64,000 nucleotides of DNA from a virus. Lineage: Duplodnaviria > Caudoviricetes. Where the stretch lies: positions 1-64,000 of IMG/VR virus record IMGVR_UViG_3300046531_000318. One strand, given 5' to 3'. Of the stretch, positions 9,508 through 18,395 are shown piece by piece; position 1 is the first letter of the stretch, and each line of letters opens with the position of its first letter. Under the pieces are notes generated by a model. It searched no databases, had not been told where the DNA came from, and saw nothing but the letters and a program-made list of their open reading frames with translations. Made by a program: the position numbers and the translations under genes.

Positions 9508-11124
9508 GTGAACGACACCCGCATCGCGACGACGTCGTTCGTGCGCAACCGCATCACCTTCGGCTCTGTGTGCTCGGGCATCGAAGCGGCCAGCGTCGCG
9601 TGGGACCGGCTGGGCTGGCGCTGCGCGTGGGTGGCTGAAATTGAAGCATTCCCGTCGTCGGTGCTCGCCCAGCGTTTCCCGCACGTCCCCAACCTCGGCG
9701 ACATGACGACTATCGCTGCGCGGATCCTCGCGGGCGAGGTCGAAGCGCCCGACGTCCTGGTGGGCGGCACGCCCTGTCAGGCGTTCTCCGTGGCTGGCCT
9801 GCGTGCCGGTCTTTCTGATTCGCGCGGGCAGTTGACCCTCGCATTCGTAATCCTTGCAAACGCTATCGATGCAGCTCGAGCTATTCGCGGAAAGCCTCCC
9901 TGTGTTGTCCTCTGGGAAAACGTTCCCGGTGTCCTTACGGACAAGACCAACGCCTTCGGACACCTGCTTGGAGGGCTTGCCGGCGAAGACGACGCACTGG
10001 TCCCGGCAGGGAAAAAATGGGCGAACGCTGGTGCTGTGTTTGGACCCGAAAGGTCAGCCGCGTGGCGACTCCTTGATGCCCAATATTTCCGAGTGGCACA
10101 ACGACGCCGGCGTTGTTTCGTTATCGCAAGTGCTCGAGACGGGTTCGATCCCACAGCAGTACTTTTTGACTGGCAAGGCGTGCGCCGGGATTCTGCGCCG
10201 AGCCGCGGCGCGTGGGCGGGCGCTGCCGCCGGTGCTCTACGAAGCACTGACGGCGGTAGCGACGTCGACCACGCACTAGCCGGCCATCTGCAGCCGGTCG
10301 TGGCCGCGCCGGTGACGCGCAGCGTCGAACGACCGCGCGGTGATGGCTTGGATCCGCTCGTCGTGTGCATGGCGCACGGGCAGGGCGGCGCCGAGATCGC
10401 CGAGGACCGTGCGCCCACGCTCACCTGTAACCACGAAGCGCCGATCGCCTGCTATGCCTTTCAGCCGCGCATCGCGCGCAACGGTCGCGGCGACATGGGC
10501 GATATCGTGAACGCGCTCACTGCGCAGGCCGGTGAGACGGGCAAGGGTGACGCGGCACCGTGCGTGGCCATCGCTATCGGCTTCGATTCCCGCCAAGACC
10601 CTGTCTCGAGCGAGCACGTTGCTGGCGCGCTTGGCTCCGGCCGCTCGCAGGCGCAGGCCGTGTGCGTTGCGATCCCGCTGCAAGAGGTAGGAAAGCGGAC
10701 GGGTGTCAGTACAAGCGACATTCGCGCGGGGCTGGGAATCGGCGACGACGGCGATCCGATGTTCACGCTTCAGGCGACCGCGCAGCACGGCGTGGCGATG
10801 TGCGTGTTCGATCCGAATCAGATCACGAACCCCAACAACCGCAGCAATCCGACGCCGGGGCTGTGCCACACGCTGCCTGCGGTAGTGACTCCGCCTGTCC
10901 TGTACGGCACGCGCATGGCTGTGCGCCGCCTCACGCCGGTGGAGTGCGAGCGCCTTCAGGGCTTCCCCGATGGGTGGACGGCTGTGGTGTATCGCGGCAA
11001 GCAGGCGGCGGACGGGCCTCGCTACAAGGCGCTGGGAAACAGCATGGCCGTGCCCTGCATGGCCTTTCTCGGGCGGCGCATCGCTGCCTATTTCAATGGT
11101 GAGCTTATTCGGGGGTTGTGTTGA
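9508..11124 (+). CDS. C5-cytosine DNA methyltransferase with expanded variable region
   Basis: Motifs SVCSGIE, GGTPCQAFS, WENVPG, QRRRRCF, RRLTPVECERLQGFP, RYKALGNS. Confidence 0.95.
   Translation: MNDTRIATTSFVRNRITFGSVCSGIEAASVAWDRLGWRCAWVAEIEAFPSSVLAQRFPHVPNLGDMTTIAARILAGEVEAPDVLVGGTPCQAFSVAGLRAGLSDSRGQLTLAFVILANAIDAARAIRGKPPCVVLWENVPGVLTDKTNAFGHLLGGLAGEDDALVPAGKKWANAGAVFGPERSAAWRLLDAQYFRVAQRRRRCFVIASARDGFDPTAVLFDWQGVRRDSAPSRGAWAGAAAGALRSTDGGSDVDHALAGHLQPVVAAPVTRSVERPRGDGLDPLVVCMAHGQGGAEIAEDRAPTLTCNHEAPIACYAFQPRIARNGRGDMGDIVNALTAQAGETGKGDAAPCVAIAIGFDSRQDPVSSEHVAGALGSGRSQAQAVCVAIPLQEVGKRTGVSTSDIRAGLGIGDDGDPMFTLQATAQHGVAMCVFDPNQITNPNNRSNPTPGLCHTLPAVVTPPVLYGTRMAVRRLTPVECERLQGFPDGWTAVVYRGKQAADGPRYKALGNSMAVPCMAFLGRRIAAYFNGELIRGLC
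9869..10279 (+). CDS. Nested +1-frame polypeptide inside the C5 MTase (beta-subunit-like)
   Basis: Open +1 frame ending SLSQVLETGSIPQQYFLTGKACAGILRRA..RGRALP..L..AL; the alpha-frame codons become A/T-ending over the overlap. Confidence 0.6.
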   Translation: MQLELFAESLPVLSSGKTFPVSLRTRPTPSDTCLEGLPAKTTHWSRQGKNGRTLVLCLDPKGQPRGDSLMPNISEWHNDAGVVSLSQVLETGSIPQQYFLTGKACAGILRRAAARGRALPPVLYEALTAVATSTTH

Positions 11125-11541
11125 AAAACCTGCGTCTTTTGACGTGGTGCGCCGGGCTCGTTGGTCTGCTCGGCATCGCGCTCGTCTACACCGGCGCGCA
11201 GTTCGCGGACTTCCACAACGGCTGGGTCTATCTCGGCGTGCTGCTGTGGGTCGCGGCAATCGTGGCCGAGTTCTGCCTGTTTGCAATCGCGCTGCTCGAG
11301 GCGTTGCGCGTGCTGCATCCGTTGGTCGAGGTGCGCCGGTGAAGCGTCGCCTTCTCACGTCCGCCGTTGCGGCTGCGATGTCTGGCTTCTGTGCTGCCCC
11401 GTCCTACGCCCGATACGGGCCGTGGGGCGGTCCTGACTTCGGACAGGCCCCAACCATCAACCGCGAGCGCCGCTGCGCTTCGTGCCGCGTCGGGATCGTC
11501 TCCGGACGCCATTGTTTTGCTTGTTCTATGAGGAAAAAGCG

Positions 11542-11859
11542 TTGAAAACGGTTCACAAATTCCTATTGTCGGCGCGTGGTTGGCCGACGTCGATCCGGCT
11601 GCCCGCCGGCGCTCAAATCCAGCGCGTGGATGCGCAGTTCGGCTCGCCCTACGTGTGGGTTTGCCTGGATACCGCGCTGCCGTACGACCAGCCGTACGAG
11701 TTTTTGATTCTCGGCACTGGCGACGCCATTCCCGATGGCTATTGGCCGATCGGCACGTTCTTCGAGCACCACGGTAACGCGATGGTGTGGCACGCCTTCG
11801 CGCGCATGCCGGCCGCAACGCTCGCCTCGCACGTTCATACGGGGGTGGCGAATGTCTGA
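11542..11859 (+). CDS. Conserved phage hypothetical protein
   Basis: LPAGAQI..V..Q....VW...GTG..IP...IGT...VWH pattern. Confidence 0.6.
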   Translation: MKTVHKFLLSARGWPTSIRLPAGAQIQRVDAQFGSPYVWVCLDTALPYDQPYEFLILGTGDAIPDGYWPIGTFFEHHGNAMVWHAFARMPAATLASHVHTGVANV

Positions 11860-13222
11860 AATCGCAATGCCCACGCAGATCGTGTTGCGCGAGGTCGCAA
11901 CGCTCTTGCCGTACGCGCGGAATGCTCGCCTGCATAGCGACGATCAGGTCGCCAACATCGCCAGCAGCATGAAGGAGTTCGGCTTCACGAACCCGGTCCT
12001 GATCGCTGACGACACGATCCTCGCGGGTCATGGCCGCGTGATGGCCGCCAACCTGCTGAAGCTGAAGGTCGTCCCGACGATCGATCTGTCGCACCTGTCG
12101 CCCACGCAGCGCAAGGCCTACGTGCTGGCGGACAACAAGATCGCGCTGAACTCGACGTACGACCTCGACATGCTGCGCGTTGAGCTCGAGGAACTGCAGG
12201 CTGAAGGCTTCGATCTCGGCATCACGGGTTTCGGCCTCGAGGAAATCTCGGACCTTCTCACGCCCGAGGAACTGCCGCCGTCGGACAAGGATCCGGACGC
12301 GCTGCCCGAGGTGCCGGAAGAACCGCACTCGAAGCCGGGCGACGTGTGGATTCTCGGCCCGCACCGCTTGATGTGCGGCGACTCCACGATGATCGACCAC
12401 TGGGACACGCTCATGGCTGGCGAGCGCGCCGATATGGTGTGGACCGATCCGCCGTACAACGTCGCGTACGAGTCGAAGCTGGCCGGCGCAATCAAGAACG
12501 ACGACATGGGCGACGCGAACTTCCACCAGTTCCTGCTCGATGCGTACACGTCGCTCTTTGCGGTCATGAAGCCGGGCGCCGCGATCTACGTCGCGCACGC
12601 TGATACGGAGGGCTACAACTTCCGCTCCGCGTTCCTGAAGGCCGGTTTCAAGCTGTCCGGTTGCCTCATCTGGGAAAAGGACAGCCTCGTGCTCGGCCGC
12701 TCCGATTACCAGTGGATGCATGAGCCGATCCTGTACGGATGGAAGCCGGGCAACGCGCACCGCTGGTTCGGTGGCCGCAAGCAGACGACGGTCGCGAAGA
12801 TGGGCGAGGCCGCGCCGTTCGAACAGCAGCCAGACGGTCGCTGGGTGGTCCGCGCCGGCGGGCAGACGTTCGTCGTCTCGGGCGATGCGATGGTCGAGCA
12901 GCTTGAATCGTCGGTGATCTACCACGAGAAGCCCGCGCGCTCGGCGTTGCACCCGACCACCAAGCCGGTCTCGCTCATCACGAAGTTCCTGCGCAATAAC
13001 GCGCGGCACAACGACATCATTGTCGACGCCTTCGGCGGTTCGGGTTCCACGCTGATCGCCGCCGAAATGATGGGTATGTGCGCGCGCCTGATGGAGCTTG
13101 ATGGTCGCTTTGCTGATGTCATATGTGCCCGCTACCACGGCTTTACAGGCCGTCTGCCGGTCCACGCGCTGACGGGCGAGCCGTTCCCGGTCGCCGTGGC
13201 CGACAAGCTCAACGCGAAGTAA
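11852..13222 (+). CDS. ParB-N domain fused N6-adenine/N4-cytosine DNA methyltransferase
   Basis: PYARNARLH..EFGFTNP..AGHGR (ParB/Srx); DPPYN, HPTTKP, DAFGGSGST. Confidence 0.92.
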   Translation: MSEIAMPTQIVLREVATLLPYARNARLHSDDQVANIASSMKEFGFTNPVLIADDTILAGHGRVMAANLLKLKVVPTIDLSHLSPTQRKAYVLADNKIALNSTYDLDMLRVELEELQAEGFDLGITGFGLEEISDLLTPEELPPSDKDPDALPEVPEEPHSKPGDVWILGPHRLMCGDSTMIDHWDTLMAGERADMVWTDPPYNVAYESKLAGAIKNDDMGDANFHQFLLDAYTSLFAVMKPGAAIYVAHADTEGYNFRSAFLKAGFKLSGCLIWEKDSLVLGRSDYQWMHEPILYGWKPGNAHRWFGGRKQTTVAKMGEAAPFEQQPDGRWVVRAGGQTFVVSGDAMVEQLESSVIYHEKPARSALHPTTKPVSLITKFLRNNARHNDIIVDAFGGSGSTLIAAEMMGMCARLMELDGRFADVICARYHGFTGRLPVHALTGEPFPVAVADKLNAK

Positions 13223-13638
13223 GGGGCAGCCATGTTCGATACCGGCAACTCCCGCCTCGGTGGCCTTCAGGACGGCTCGCTCGCGAAGGCGCAACGCCCG
13301 GGCAACGTGCCGACGGGTTGGGTCTGCCCGTGCTGCCAGAAGGTCAATGCGCCGTCTCAGCCCACGTGCGCGTCCTGCTCTAACCACATTTCTCCGGATG
13401 CCACATGCGCCTGATTCCGGTGGAGGGCGAGCAGTGACGCGTCGTGTGTCCGTGCTGTCTTGTCCGACGGTGCCGGAACTGCTCGGCATGACCGTCGAAC
13501 GCCTGGCCGACGTCGCCGCGGTGCTGGGCGTCGATGGCCCGGCTGAATCGATGATCGCCTTTGCGCTTGAGGTGCAGCGCGCGGCGATCGCTTCTCTCAA
13601 CGCGCACTGATGCGCTCGAATTCTGGAAGGAGAACCAA

Positions 13639-13956
13639 ATGAAACGAACTCTAGTCGCTGTCGCCGTGTTGCTGCTCGCCTCGAGCGCTACCTATGCGCG
13701 CGGCGGTGGTGGTGGCGGTGGCGGCCACGCCAGCGGCGGCGGTCATGCATCCGTGTCCGCCCATCCGGTCACGTCCGCACATGCCGTTGAATCGGCCCAC
13801 GTCTCGACCGTGCACGCGACCGAGTCGGCGCCCGCGCCGCGCTCGACGTCTACCTCGTCGTGGTCTGGCTCGCGCTGGTGGCCGTTCTCGCACAGCAGTT
13901 CGTCGCCTGACTGCCGCGACGCCAAGCAGCCGAAGAAGCCGGAGTGCGCGCGATGA
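13639..13956 (+). CDS. Small secreted Gly/His/Ser-rich protein
   Basis: GAAGGAG RBS, signal peptide MKRTLVAVAVLLLASSATYA, RGGGGGGGGHAS. Confidence 0.6.
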   Translation: MKRTLVAVAVLLLASSATYARGGGGGGGGHASGGGHASVSAHPVTSAHAVESAHVSTVHATESAPAPRSTSTSSWSGSRWWPFSHSSSSPDCRDAKQPKKPECAR

Positions 13957-15349
13957 GCTACGGCGTCCGTCGTTTCGAGGGCGGCCGTCCGGTCGGCGGT
14001 GATTCGTTCGGCTATGACCCGGAGTGGGATGGTCCGCGCAGGGTTGGAAGTCGCGGCGCGCAGTCGCAGAAGGTGGCCGAGCCTGCTGCGGCGCCTACGC
14101 CCGCTCCGGTGCCGCCTGCGCCGCCCGTCGTGCACATCAAGAAGCACCGCACGGTCGAATTGCCGCCGGCGGCACCTGCGCCCGTTGCGCCGGCCGCGCC
14201 CGCGTTTATGCCTGCACCGGCACCTGCGCCGACGCCAGTGCCCGTTGCGCCGCCGGTGCCCGCGCCTGCGCCTGCCATGCGGCCGATTGTGGACACCGCC
14301 TGCATGCGCGGCTTCCTCATCCAGCAGATGCAGTTGGCCGCGACCGGCGCGATCGACACCGAGCGCGTCAAGAACGTTTGCGCGCTCGCGCAGCAGGTCT
14401 ACCACGCCACCAAGCTCGAGCTCGACGCGGCTCGAATCCTTAAAGACACCGACAGGTCAATCCGTGCAATCGATCTCACATCTGATGACGGCGCCTAACC
14501 CATACGGCGATCCGATCCTCGTCCCGCGCAATTGGTACAAGACGATTCACTGCTACCAGATCGTCTCGGGCTCGCATGCGATGGGCTATCCGGCGGGCTT
14601 CGAGCCCGTCGTGCTGCGCGGCGCCGAGCATTGCCGCCGGTGGAGGCGCGGCAGTGCGCGCAATTACGGCACCGCGGTTCTCACGCGCTACGTGCGCCGG
14701 CTGCGCCTCACCGAGACCGATCCGCGCCGGTGGGTTGACTGGCTGAACACGAAGCTGCTGCCGATCGCGAGCAATCGCAATTGGTGGCCGCACCAGCGCG
14801 CGTGCATGCAGGATCTGCGCTCGATGGTGTCGGACTGCAGCGCGGTCATCGACGGCGAGGAAGTCCGGTTCTATACGGATGCGGCGCGGCGCAACGTCCG
14901 TGCGCTTCATAAGGCCATGAAAACTGCCGCGCGTGGGGTTGCGGCATGAACGCTCGCCAACGACGCGCAGATCGGCGGCGCTTCAATCGCCGATACCGGG
15001 CATCGATGGCCCACGCTGAGGAAAGACTGTCGACAGCAGAGCGGGCGATTCTGGACGACTGGTATCGCACGGGGCACCGCGCGTACCTGAGCAAAACCGA
15101 CCAGCCTACGCACTTCAGCGGAATCAGCGGGGTACTCGGATGAACGCCCATCAACGTCGCATCGCACGCCGCGCCTTCAATGCGACCGAGGAAGGGCGCG
15201 CGCTGGCCGCCAAAGCAACCCGGTTTCTCGATGAGTTGGGGCCGCCGAAGTACGAGCCTCCGGCTTTCCCGCGCTTTCGTCTGGACGCGTTCTATCCGAT
15301 CGTCATCAAGCCGCGGCCTGTTGTGCTCATGGGCGTACTAGGCATCTGA
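13953..15349 (+). other. Hypothetical genes 13953-14498 (Pro-rich), 14485-14949, 14946-15143, 15140-15349
   Basis: Coupled ORFs with ATGA overlaps. Confidence 0.55.
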
Positions 15350-15484
15350 CCGAAACCGAGCGGTTGCGGACACCTGCCGCAGTCGTGACCGAAATCTAAC
15401 CATTCACCGTTTTGGACGTGACCGAAAGGCGCGGGGCGTTTTCGGACGCCTCATTTACCCTTCACTCAACGGAGCCCGCTGGCT

Positions 15485-16183
15485 TTGATTAAAACTTTCG
15501 AACGCAACACCGCCGGCCGCGACTTCGTGGTCGGCGACATTCATGGGTCGTTCTCCCGCCTTGAGGCCGCGCTTGCGGATCTGCGGTTTGACGTAGATCG
15601 CGACCGGCTGTTCTCTGTCGGCGACCTGGTCGACCGTGGTCCAGAGTCCGAGCGCGTGCTCGAGTTCCTCGACAAGCCGTGGTTCCACTCGGTGATGGGA
15701 AATCACGAATGGATGGCGATGGCCTTCGTGATGGGCGATATCGACACGCGCAATTACGCAGCGAACGGCGGGGCATGGCTGATCGGCAAGACGGACGTCG
15801 AGCGCCTGGAGTACTGCCTGCGCTTCGCTGATCTGCCGATCGGGATTGAGGTTGATATCGGCGAAGGTCAGCGCGTGGGCATCGTGCACGCGGAGTGCCC
15901 GCTCGGGTCGTGGGACGAGTTCAAGCTGGCGCTTACGCTCGAGCAGAAGAACGCCGTCTCGATGGCTGCAATGTGGGCGCGGACGCGTATCGATCACCTG
16001 TTAGACGGGCCGATCAGTGACGTCGCTGCGGTCATCGTGGGCCATACCCCTGTCGAGCGCGTGACGAGCCTCGGCAACTCGTTTTACATCGACACAGGCG
16101 CGTTCATTCCCGGCCGCGCGCTCACGGTCGTGCAGCTGGCGCCGCGCCCGGGTGTCGTCCTCGAGGAAGTCGCCACGGCATGA
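15485..16183 (+). CDS. Ser/Thr protein phosphatase (lambda NinI/PphA-like metallophosphoesterase)
   Basis: GDIHG, GDLVDRG, GNHE, GHT, IDTG motifs. Confidence 0.92.
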   Translation: MIKTFERNTAGRDFVVGDIHGSFSRLEAALADLRFDVDRDRLFSVGDLVDRGPESERVLEFLDKPWFHSVMGNHEWMAMAFVMGDIDTRNYAANGGAWLIGKTDVERLEYCLRFADLPIGIEVDIGEGQRVGIVHAECPLGSWDEFKLALTLEQKNAVSMAAMWARTRIDHLLDGPISDVAAVIVGHTPVERVTSLGNSFYIDTGAFIPGRALTVVQLAPRPGVVLEEVATA

Positions 16184-16282
16184 CATTCCCCGTCATTTTC
16201 TATCTGTGGTGGGCTGGCCTGTTCTACGCGCCGCGCCCACCGTCTAAACCCGCTGCACCTTCAATTCAAAAGGACAAGATCG

Positions 16283-17557
16283 ATGATTAAGCCAACCGTG
16301 GGCCGCGTGGTCCTGTTTCAGCCGTTGAAGCCGAGCGATCAACCGCTGCGCGATCAGCCGTTCGCGGCGACGATCTCGTACGTGTGGGGCGACCGGATGG
16401 TCAACCTCTCGTACGTCGACCAAAACGGCACCGCCGGTAACGCGACGTCTGTGGCGCTGCTGCAGGACGACGACGTCGGCAGCGATCGCGGCTATTACGC
16501 CTACTGGATGCCGTATCAGGTGGAGCAGGCCGACAAGGCCGCGAAGGAGGCCGATCACGGCATCAAAACTGGCGACACCGTGCGCCTGCGCAGCGGTGGG
16601 CCGCTTATGGTCGTGGAGTCCGTCAGCGGCCAGAGCGTCGTCTGCATGTGGGCCGGCGAATACATCAACCGGGAATCGTTCAAGGCTGCAACGCTCGATA
16701 AGGTGCAATCGGCCACCGCCGCCGATGTGAAGCTCGAGCATCCGTCTGGCAGCGCGGTGAAAAACGACGGCGACGGAGAAGCGCAGCCTTCTCCCTCGTC
16801 CGTGGTCCCGCGCATTCGCGTTGTCACCGACGGCGGTCTCACGAAGGTGTACGACCACGCAACCGGCGAAGAAATCAAGCTCGTTCAGGCTCTGCGCATG
16901 GAGCACCACAAGGGCGGCAGGATGTATGCCCGCGTGGAGACGCTTGCTCAGGTAGCGACCGCCACGGTGGTATCGGATGCGGAAGTGGAGGCGGTCTCTC
17001 CAGACGCTGCTCGCTCTAAGGGGCCAGTGTGGGATGCGTACGAGGGGCCGGTACTGGCTGCAAGCGATCAGCCGCTGGTGCTCACGGTGAAGGGCGAACT
17101 CTCCGAGGCGGACCTCGCTAGATTCCGCGCGTGTTGGGATGACGCTGCAGTGAAAATCGCGCATAACGGCGATGTGACGATCACTGCGCCGAACGTGAGC
17201 ATCTCGGGTAGTGTGAAGCTGGGCGAAGATGGCCCGCTGCTGGCCGAGGGTACGATGCAGGCGGCGGCTCAAACCGAAGGCCTCGATATCGGCGGTGCCG
17301 TGCGTGCGCTGAACGCGGGCATGCGTCTGAAGCGGCGCGTGTGGGGTGATGTGTGGCTCGCGCTGTCGCCCGGCACGCCCGCACTGCAGGCGGACAAGTT
17401 TTGGGCGGGCCCGAACCGCGACTATGCGGCTTCACGCGAGTCGGGTACGGCGCACGTTCTGCCGTCTGTGACCGTGAAACTTGAGACGGGCGAGATTGTC
17501 ATGGGCTGGGCAGCGAATCCGGTTGATCTGCTCGCGCAGGACTGGTGCGTGGTCTAG
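16283..17557 (+). CDS. Multidomain protein: PTVGR domain + YodC-like (DUF2158) + C-terminal Tad2-like (DUF2829)
   Basis: GDTVRLRSGGPLMVV..VCMW (YodC-like); IGGAVRALNAG.R..R..W...GW.....DLLAQDW (DUF2829-like). Confidence 0.7.
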   Translation: MIKPTVGRVVLFQPLKPSDQPLRDQPFAATISYVWGDRMVNLSYVDQNGTAGNATSVALLQDDDVGSDRGYYAYWMPYQVEQADKAAKEADHGIKTGDTVRLRSGGPLMVVESVSGQSVVCMWAGEYINRESFKAATLDKVQSATAADVKLEHPSGSAVKNDGDGEAQPSPSSVVPRIRVVTDGGLTKVYDHATGEEIKLVQALRMEHHKGGRMYARVETLAQVATATVVSDAEVEAVSPDAARSKGPVWDAYEGPVLAASDQPLVLTVKGELSEADLARFRACWDDAAVKIAHNGDVTITAPNVSISGSVKLGEDGPLLAEGTMQAAAQTEGLDIGGAVRALNAGMRLKRRVWGDVWLALSPGTPALQADKFWAGPNRDYAASRESGTAHVLPSVTVKLETGEIVMGWAANPVDLLAQDWCVV

Positions 17558-17571
17558 GCTACAATGCAGTC

Positions 17572-17695
17572 CGGAAGCGCGAAACTGGTTGCCTCTCGGC
17601 GGCTATAACCAGCGTAGGAACCCCACGGATGGCCCTGACTCCGTGTGAGGTGAGACCTTCCCGTAAGCCCGGCCTAACCGCCGGGCTTTTGTCTT
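17572..17695 (+). ncRNA. Candidate structured sRNA with intrinsic terminator
   Basis: TACAAT at 17560; stems GGAAG/CTTCC, CTGGTT/AACCAG, CACGGA/TCCGTG; terminator AAGCCCGGC-6-GCCGGGCTT-T-tract. Confidence 0.35.
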
Positions 17696-17724
17696 TCTGG
17701 CACCTGATGGCTACCTGTCAGGTA

Positions 17725-18271
17725 TCACGCGACCGCGCGAATCGCCCATGTTCCGTCGCCGCGCAGGTGGGCGTGCCATTCCTCGCCGTGGCACTTCACT
17801 TCGACGGTCATTCCGCCGGTGTATTCGTAGGCGATGATCTTGTCTCCGTCGGAATAGCGCCACATCTCGGGCGTCACGGTGAAACTCTCGGCCGCGCGCA
17901 TGCAGCGGTGGCAGAAGGGCCGCATGTTCGGTCCCGGCGTGCGCGGGATCGTCAGTTCAATCGTGTTTTTCATCTTCGCTCTCCCGCTTGCCACCTTCGT
18001 GCACGACCAGTCGCGGCACGCCGGTGCTTGGTAGCTCGAGCGGGAGGTCTGCCTGCTCCATCGCCTCGCGGATGGCGTGTTCCCACAGGTTCGTGTTGTT
18101 GAGGCCGTCGGCGGCGCCCTGCGCCTCGGCCAGCCGCTTTTCGAACTCCACCGTGGTGATGGGCGGCGTTCGCTCGTTCTGGATCCACGGCGCCGCGACC
18201 GCGCGCAGCACGCCCGCGTCGACGCCGAGCATTGCGGCCATAACGGCGAAGCTGCTGCGTTCGTTTTCCAT
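17725..18271 (-). other. Two small leftward hypothetical genes (17957-18271, 17725-17973)
   Basis: ORFs with RBSs; CxxC and CH residues in the second. Confidence 0.5.
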
Positions 18272-18395
18272 TGGTTTTCCTCGAAATTTGCGGTAGTGCC
18301 TGGACCCTACACCCAGGCGGTTTACCACGTCAACCGGGCAGCGTACGCCCGGGCGTCGTGACGTCATCCTCGTCGGCATCAATCACGGGGTTCCG

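Noticed and set aside
11228-13600. Long antisense ORFs (also 20462-21787, 21815-23404, 46956-48398, 58517-59677)
   Set aside because: Shadow frames of GC-rich genes, with Arg-rich text and no motifs.
17572-17662. Hammerhead ribozyme or tRNA
   Set aside because: CGAAAC is present but there is no CUGANGA core; no TTCRA T-loop or CCA end.
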